A stretch of DNA of 32,508 nt from Gemmatimonadota bacterium (lineage in GTDB: Bacteria; Gemmatimonadota; Gemmatimonadetes; Gemmatimonadales; GWC2-71-9): NCBI GenBank assembly GCA_041491545.1, contig JBGPVE010000003.1, positions 1 through 32,508 of the forward strand, read 5' to 3'. Made by a program: the position numbers and the translations under genes. Position 1 is the stretch's first letter, and each line of letters starts with the position of its first letter. Under the pieces are notes generated by a model. The model did not search any database, was not told where the DNA came from, and worked only from the letters and a program-made list of their open reading frames with translations. Shown piece after piece: positions 27,134 to 32,508 of this stretch.

Positions 27134-28525
27134 TCAGGGCGGATCGTTCCAGTTCCGCGCCGGCCCGGGGCCCGAGATGTTCGGGTTGGTGTTCCGCTCG
27201 CTGAGCGGGTAGGTCAGTCGGCGCGGGATCACACCGCCGGGAGCGGGCTGCAGGTTGGGGATGTTGGTCCGCTTCCAGTCCTGCCATGTCTCGACGTTCT
27301 GAAAGAGCTGCACGTACTTCTCCGTCATGATCGCGACGAGCAGTGGATCGCTGGGTCCGGGCGTGCCGGGTGCCGGCACGGCCGTGCCGACGCCCGCCTC
27401 CGTCCAGACGGCCTGAAGCGCGCCGCGGGCCTGGTTGGACGCGTCCGTCGGATCGACCTGATACGAGGCCTCGGCCAGGTTGAGCTGGTTCTCCGCCCAG
27501 GTGACGAGCGGCTGAGCGAACGCGCCGTCCAGCCGGGTGGCGCTGAGCGTAGAGACGTCGCTCGGCGAGACCGACACGCCGGGAGCGGCCCCGGCGAACG
27601 TCGTGCCCGATGGATCGCTCCCGATCGGCGCGAAGTACAGCGGGAGCCGCGGATCCTGCGGCGTGCCGTTCAACGTATTCACCATGAACGCGCCGCCCAC
27701 CACGAACCCCGGGAAGATGCCCTGGAAGACGCTCCAGAGATTGGAGGAGGTGGCGGCCTGGCCGCTCAATCCCAGCGCGTAGTCTTCTCCCAGTTGAATG
27801 CCGCTCAGCGCGGCGGTGACCGCCTTGGCGTATGCCGTCGGGTCGCGCCGAGCGGTGTGGACGTAGTAGCGCGCCTTGAGCGTGTTCGCGAGTCTGGTCC
27901 ACTTGGCGGCGTCGCCGCCGTAGATCAGATCGTTGCCGCCGGGTCCCTTGTTGCGGGGGCCCGACGCCGCCAGGAACGTGATGGCGCTATCGAGCTTGGC
28001 TTGCAGCGCGGCATAGACGTTCTGCTGCGGGTCCGGCTTGGGCGCGGGCTTGGCCGAGTTCGCCGCCTCGGAGTACGGCACGTCGCCCCAGAGATCGGCG
28101 GCGGTGCCGACGGCGTATGTCTCGAGAACCGAGGCCGTGCCCCAAAACACCGAGTCGCCGGCCTCGAGCGCGCGCCTCTGAATGGTTCGGAGATCGAGCA
28201 GGCCCGCGCCACCGTAAAACGACGACCAGTTGACGTAGTAGTCGTCCTCGGCGACCGAGTAGGTGCCGAGGGAGAGATACTGCGATTGGCCGGCGCAGCC
28301 CTGCATCCAGATGCAGATGGTGCGCGCCAGCCGGCTCTCGAGCTGCGCGCCGATGTTGACCTGCGAGGCGGTGAAGAGCGCCTGGTTCGAGGCGGAGGTC
28401 GGGTTGTTCGGGTCGTCCTGCAGCTTCGGCCCGGTGAGGAAGTCGCTGCAGCCCGCCAGGCTGACCGCCAGGCCGGCCGCGAAGACCGCCGAGAGCGAAG
28501 TGCGCACGGGTGTCGTCCCAGTCAT
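27134..28525 (-). CDS. SusD/RagB-family outer-membrane lipoprotein
   Basis: Lipobox LAG-C, DPNNP, DLWGDVPYSEA, DLIYGGD..KW...ANTLKAR, EKY, W.DW.RT and IPRRL.YP.SE...NPN. Confidence 0.93.
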   Translation of the reverse strand: MTGTTPVRTSLSAVFAAGLAVSLAGCSDFLTGPKLQDDPNNPTSASNQALFTASQVNIGAQLESRLARTICIWMQGCAGQSQYLSLGTYSVAEDDYYVNWSSFYGGAGLLDLRTIQRRALEAGDSVFWGTASVLETYAVGTAADLWGDVPYSEAANSAKPAPKPDPQQNVYAALQAKLDSAITFLAASGPRNKGPGGNDLIYGGDAAKWTRLANTLKARYYVHTARRDPTAYAKAVTAALSGIQLGEDYALGLSGQAATSSNLWSVFQGIFPGFVVGGAFMVNTLNGTPQDPRLPLYFAPIGSDPSGTTFAGAAPGVSVSPSDVSTLSATRLDGAFAQPLVTWAENQLNLAEASYQVDPTDASNQARGALQAVWTEAGVGTAVPAPGTPGPSDPLLVAIMTEKYVQLFQNVETWQDWKRTNIPNLQPAPGGVIPRRLTYPLSERNTNPNISGPGPARNWNDPP

Positions 28526-28538
28526 GGTCGGGGCTCCC

Positions 28539-31500
28539 TCAGCGGGTCAGTTGAACGGTGAACACGAACGACCGGGTCTGCGGATTGTTGAAGAAATCGA
28601 TCCCGCGAGCACCCGTCTCCGCCCCGACCAGATTCGTCTCGGGGTCCGCGCCGGAGTAGTTGGTCCAGGTCGCCAGGTTGCGGCCGGCGGCGCGCAGCTC
28701 GACGCCGCTCAACCCGAGCGTCTTGCTGACGAAGCTTCCGTGCAGCGCGTAGCCCACAGAGATCTCCCGCAGCTTGACGAAACTTCCGCTCTCGTAGAAC
28801 GGCTGCCCGATGGTGCTGCTGAAGGACCATCCGTAGTAGTTGGCGAAGAAATTCTGATCCAGCGTCGCGGCGGTGCCCGCGCCCGGGCCGGCGACGGCGC
28901 CCGGGAAGAAGCTGGTGCCGAAGACCACCGACTCGCCCCGCCGCGCGCTCTCCTGGGACGTGCCCACCGCATTGAGCGCGGCGCGGGTGCCGTTCCAGAC
29001 GGCGCCGCCGTGGCGCACGTCGAGCAATCCGGAGAACGAGAAGTTGCCGATCCGGACACCGCTCCGAATGGACCCGGTCCAGCGCGGGTTCGGGTCCGCG
29101 ATCACCCGCTGGGCGGGATCGAGCAACGGGAAACCCGGCCCCGCGCTCGGAATGCCGGCGCTGTTGGCGTAGTTGCCGTCGTCGATGAAGAGCGCGTTGC
29201 TCTGCTTCTGCGCCGCGCTGCAGTTGGCGTCGACGTTGTACGCGCTGCCGTCGTTGACGTTGGTCAGCACGACCCCGCGGCCGCAGCGTACGTAGTCGTA
29301 GTCGCGGAAGACGCCGATCTGCTCACCCACCTGGGCCACGACGGACGGACCGCCCTGGATGCCGGTGCCGTTCGCGCCACCGTAGCTCACGAAGTCGGCT
29401 CCGCGGAGATCCTGCACTCGATTCCGGTTCAAGCCGAAGACGAGACCGACATCCCAGGTGACGTTGCGCCGGGTGATCGGCCGGACGTTGAGTGAAAGCT
29501 CGACGCCGGAATTGCGGATCCGCGCCGCGTTGGCGCCCTCGACCGTGAAGCCGCTCGACGCCGCCACGGGAATCAGCAGGATCACATCCACCGACGTGCG
29601 CTTGTACCAGGTGAAGCTGAGGTCCGCCGCGTCCTTGAGGAAGCCGATGTCGACGCCGGCCTCCAGCTCGCGGGTGCGCTCGGGCTTGAGGTTCGTCGCG
29701 GGCTTGGTGTTGGGCGTGAAGAGACCGCCGAAACCGTTCTGACCGGAGAAGGTGCCGAAGGCGTCGAAGTCGTTGAAGATGCCCTGCTGGTAGATGGTGG
29801 CGCCGAGATACGGCGACGGCTCGGTGCCGACCTCGCCGTACGCCATGCGAGCCTTCCCGTAGGAGAGCAGCCCGCCCAGGTTGCCGATCGCCTTGGTGAA
29901 CTGCCACGCGGCGCTCGCGCTGGGAAACCAGGCCCACTGGTTCTCGGTGGAGAAGGTCGAGTGCCCGTCGTAGCGGAGCCCGCCTTTCACGTAGAGCTGA
30001 TCCCAGAGATCCGCGGTCGCCTGGCCGAAGAATCCCGCCGTGCGCACCTTGGTCTCGAAGTCCTGCGGCGGCGGCTGCGAGGCGGTGTTGGTGAGGCTGA
30101 ACGGCTGGTCGGCGATCATGCCATTCCCGACTTGGCCCTGCTGCCGGAAGCTCCGCGTGTTCAGGTTCTGCCCGAGGGTAAAGGTGCCTTTGTACTTGGG
30201 ACTCACCGTGTAGCTCGCGGTGGCGGTGAGGTTGTGGTCCCACTGCGTGTTGATCAGGGTCTGCTTGATCACCTGTCCCCGCGGATCGGGGGTGTTCGAG
30301 CTGGAGGGCGGCTGCCCCTGCAGCCGGCTGTCCTGGCCGTCGTCCACGCCGAGGGTATAGTTGACCGCGAGCCAGGAGCGGGGCGCCCAGTCGGCGGAGA
30401 TGTTGCCGATCGTGCGGCCGACGGTCGAGGAGCTGACCGCGTTGAGCGCCGACCAGAGCGGGTTGTCGTACCCTCGGGTCGAGTCCTCGTTGGCGAACGA
30501 CGGATTCGGAAAGCGGAACGAGCGCTGCACGTGATCCTCGGTGGAGGTCACGTAGGCGAGGTCGTTGAATTCGGGCGGTGTCCGCCAGCCGCCCCAGGTG
30601 ATGCCGCTGAAGTTGAAGCCCTTCTGGATGGCGAACTGGCGCGAGTTGGTGTACATCACGTTGCCGCCGAGCTTCAGGTTGTCGAAGACCCGGTGGTCAC
30701 CCTTGAGCCGGAACGACTTGCGACCGAAGTTGTCGTTGTCGCCCGGCACGGTGCCGTTCTGGTCGAGCAGCGCGCCGGACACGTAGAACGTCGTGCGGTC
30801 GTTGCCGCCCGAGATGGTCAGCGTGTGATCGAGGCCGACCCCGGTCTCGTACAGCTCGCGGGCGTGGTCGTACGTCGGCGTTCCCGCCGCGAGCGCCGGC
30901 CCCCAGCTATCCTCGGTGGCGTAGCAGTCCAGGGCCGGCGTGGCGGTGCTGGAGGACGCGGCGCAGGGGTCCGCCTGGGGAACGCCGAATTCGTCGGCGT
31001 CGCCCTGGCCGAACTTGCGCTGCAGCGACGGGAAGCGGTTGATGGTGGTGAACGAGAGCGAGCTGCGCAGCGAGTACTGGGTCTGGCCGCGGCCGCGCTT
31101 GGTGGTGATCAGCACCACGCCCTGCCCCGCCCTGGCGCCGTAGATCGCGCCGGCCGCGGCGCCCTTCAGGATCTCGATCGACTCGATGTCGGCGGGGTTG
31201 ATGTCGGCCGCCCGGTTGGGGGACGACACGCCGCCCTGCGGGCCGCCGGTCTGGGGGTCGAGCGACGCCGTGGTGGCGGTGGAGTTGTCGATCGGCATGC
31301 CGTCCACCACGAAGAGCGGCTGGCCCTCGCCCCCCAGCGTGTTGGTGCCGCGGATCCGGATCGCGGCTGACGCCCCCGGATCGCCCGAAGCGGAGACGAC
31401 CTCGACATTCGGCGCCTTGGCGGCGATGGCGTTCACCACGCTCGCCTCGTTGGCGCGGGAGATGGCGGTCGAATCGACGTTGTTGCGCACGCTGCCGATC

Positions 31501-31904
31501 TTCTCGACCTCGGAGGAGGTGCCGGCGCCGGTCACCACCAGCTCGCCGAGCTGGAGCGGATTCGACGCCAGCACGAAGTCGTGGGTCTGCTCGGCCGCGA
31601 TGAGGGTCAGCTCGACCGACTCGGGCTTGTAGCCGATGGCGCGGGCGGTCACCGTGACCGGCTGCCCGGTGATCCTGCCGGCGGGCAGCGCGACGGTGTA
31701 GCTGCCGTCGGTGCGGGTCACGCCGCCGACGCCGAGCGACGGGATGGCCACGCTGGCGCCGGCGAGGGGATTGCCGTCCTCGTTGGTCACTCGGCCGATG
31801 AGCGCGCCCGGCACCTGCGCGCGGAGGGTGGCCGCCGGGACCGCGGCGAGCGCGAGCACGGCAATCCCGGCGGCGAACAATGTCGCACAACGCTTGGAAT
31901 TCAC
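28539..31904 (-). CDS. SusC/RagA-family TonB-dependent outer-membrane transporter
   Basis: Signal peptide, N-terminal extension domain, LGELVVTG, PLFVVDG.PI, DINPADIESIEILKGAAAGAIYGARA..GVVLITTKRG, LKPE, N.GVE.SL, FVKLREIS and Y.G.DPE. Start is likely GTG 31904; the track uses ATG 31946. Confidence 0.95.
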   Translation of the reverse strand: MNSKRCATLFAAGIAVLALAAVPAATLRAQVPGALIGRVTNEDGNPLAGASVAIPSLGVGGVTRTDGSYTVALPAGRITGQPVTVTARAIGYKPESVELTLIAAEQTHDFVLASNPLQLGELVVTGAGTSSEVEKIGSVRNNVDSTAISRANEASVVNAIAAKAPNVEVVSASGDPGASAAIRIRGTNTLGGEGQPLFVVDGMPIDNSTATTASLDPQTGGPQGGVSSPNRAADINPADIESIEILKGAAAGAIYGARAGQGVVLITTKRGRGQTQYSLRSSLSFTTINRFPSLQRKFGQGDADEFGVPQADPCAASSSTATPALDCYATEDSWGPALAAGTPTYDHARELYETGVGLDHTLTISGGNDRTTFYVSGALLDQNGTVPGDNDNFGRKSFRLKGDHRVFDNLKLGGNVMYTNSRQFAIQKGFNFSGITWGGWRTPPEFNDLAYVTSTEDHVQRSFRFPNPSFANEDSTRGYDNPLWSALNAVSSSTVGRTIGNISADWAPRSWLAVNYTLGVDDGQDSRLQGQPPSSSNTPDPRGQVIKQTLINTQWDHNLTATASYTVSPKYKGTFTLGQNLNTRSFRQQGQVGNGMIADQPFSLTNTASQPPPQDFETKVRTAGFFGQATADLWDQLYVKGGLRYDGHSTFSTENQWAWFPSASAAWQFTKAIGNLGGLLSYGKARMAYGEVGTEPSPYLGATIYQQGIFNDFDAFGTFSGQNGFGGLFTPNTKPATNLKPERTRELEAGVDIGFLKDAADLSFTWYKRTSVDVILLIPVAASSGFTVEGANAARIRNSGVELSLNVRPITRRNVTWDVGLVFGLNRNRVQDLRGADFVSYGGANGTGIQGGPSVVAQVGEQIGVFRDYDYVRCGRGVVLTNVNDGSAYNVDANCSAAQKQSNALFIDDGNYANSAGIPSAGPGFPLLDPAQRVIADPNPRWTGSIRSGVRIGNFSFSGLLDVRHGGAVWNGTRAALNAVGTSQESARRGESVVFGTSFFPGAVAGPGAGTAATLDQNFFANYYGWSFSSTIGQPFYESGSFVKLREISVGYALHGSFVSKTLGLSGVELRAAGRNLATWTNYSGADPETNLVGAETGARGIDFFNNPQTRSFVFTVQLTR

Positions 31905-31997
31905 GGCTCTTCCTTGGCCAAAGAAGACAGCAACGGCGAGACGCATCGCATCGGAGGAAACGATTGTGTCGCTTGGAAGAACTTGGGGGTTTCGGCG

Positions 31998-32026
31998 AAG
32001 GTACGGGCCGTTCGGAGGGCTGTCAA
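31998..32026 (-). promoter_or_regulatory. Sigma70 promoter of the susCD operon
   Basis: Minus strand has a perfect TTGACA, a 17-nt spacer, then TACCTT. Confidence 0.65.
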
Positions 32027-32054
32027 TAACGCTCGCGGCGCGCGTGCGACGGGT

Positions 32055-32060
32055 TACAAT
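32055..32060 (+). promoter_or_regulatory. Possible -10 element for gabT
   Basis: TACAAT 63 nt upstream of ATG 32124, with no good -35. Confidence 0.3.
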
Positions 32061-32123
32061 CCAAGCACCATCCGCCCACGGCCTTTACGCGGCATGAGCG
32101 GCATTCATTCCGTGGAGTTTCGT

Positions 32124-32508
32124 ATGGGACGCACGATCAAGCTGGTCACGCCGATTCCCGGACCGGAGAGCCAGGCGCTCCTGGCGCGGCGCGCGGCGGC
32201 AGTGCCCAGGGGGGTGCCGGCGGTGACGCCGATCGCGGTAGTGCACGCGGAGAACGCGGTGCTCACCGACGCGGACGGCAACCGGCTGATCGATTTCGGC
32301 GGCGGCATCGGCGTGGTCAACGTGGGGCATCGGCATCCGGCGGTGGTGGAGGCGATTCGGGCGCAGCTCGACCGGTTCATCCACGTCTGCTTTCCGGTGT
32401 CGAGCTACGAGCCGTACGTCGCGCTGGCCGAGCGGATGAACGCGGTGACGCCGGGCGCGCACGCCAAGCGGACCTTCTTCGTGAACAGCGGGGCGGAGGC
32501 GGTGGAGA
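32124..32508 (+). CDS. gabT: 4-aminobutyrate aminotransferase (class III PLP), 5' partial
   Basis: Manual translation gives MGRTIKLVTPIPGPESQALLARRAAAVPRGV...D.DGNRLIDFGGGIGVVNVGH...YEPYVALAE...FVNSGAEAVE. GGAG SD upstream. The ORF runs off the window end and is absent from the track. Confidence 0.9.
   Translation, partial: MGRTIKLVTPIPGPESQALLARRAAAVPRGVPAVTPIAVVHAENAVLTDADGNRLIDFGGGIGVVNVGHRHPAVVEAIRAQLDRFIHVCFPVSSYEPYVALAERMNAVTPGAHAKRTFFVNSGAEAVE

Noticed and set aside
27134-31946. Classical polysaccharide utilization locus
   Set aside because: No CAZyme, sulfatase or sugar-sensor gene is visible. This cannot be excluded beyond the right edge.
1-32508. CRISPR arrays, tRNA/rRNA, transposases, integrases, phage or defence genes
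   Set aside because: None were recognised. The window is almost fully explained by the listed genes.

Overview
High-GC (about 70% by eye, not computed) bacterial chromosomal segment. It is probably Gemmatimonadota/FCB-group; this is inferred from a SusC/SusD pair in a GC-rich diderm context. It holds about 23 densely packed genes, and I found no rRNA, tRNA, CRISPR array or recognisable mobile element. The left part carries a truncated TMTC-like gene, a PilS/PilR-like sigma54 two-component system, a DUF2231 protein, a multi-PAS hybrid kinase, an Slt70-like transglycosylase, hslR, and divergent icd/aceK. The middle carries DedA plus a disulfide oxidoreductase, an MCE-like protein, pxpABC, a GlsB-family protein, and an FtsH paralog and PHP phosphatase with back-to-back sigma54 promoters. 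The right ~10.6 kb is the most interesting part and looks like a polyamine utilization locus. It has SusC/SusD with no glycoside hydrolases, a Tat-exported spermidine dehydrogenase (SpdH) homolog, a carboxyspermidine-dehydrogenase-like enzyme with an NAD-type fingerprint, an aminoaldehyde dehydrogenase and gabT. The dehydrogenase operon is preceded by a highly structured, riboswitch-like 5' leader, and a 26-bp inverted repeat lies just upstream. All family calls come from motif recognition by eye; no searches were run.
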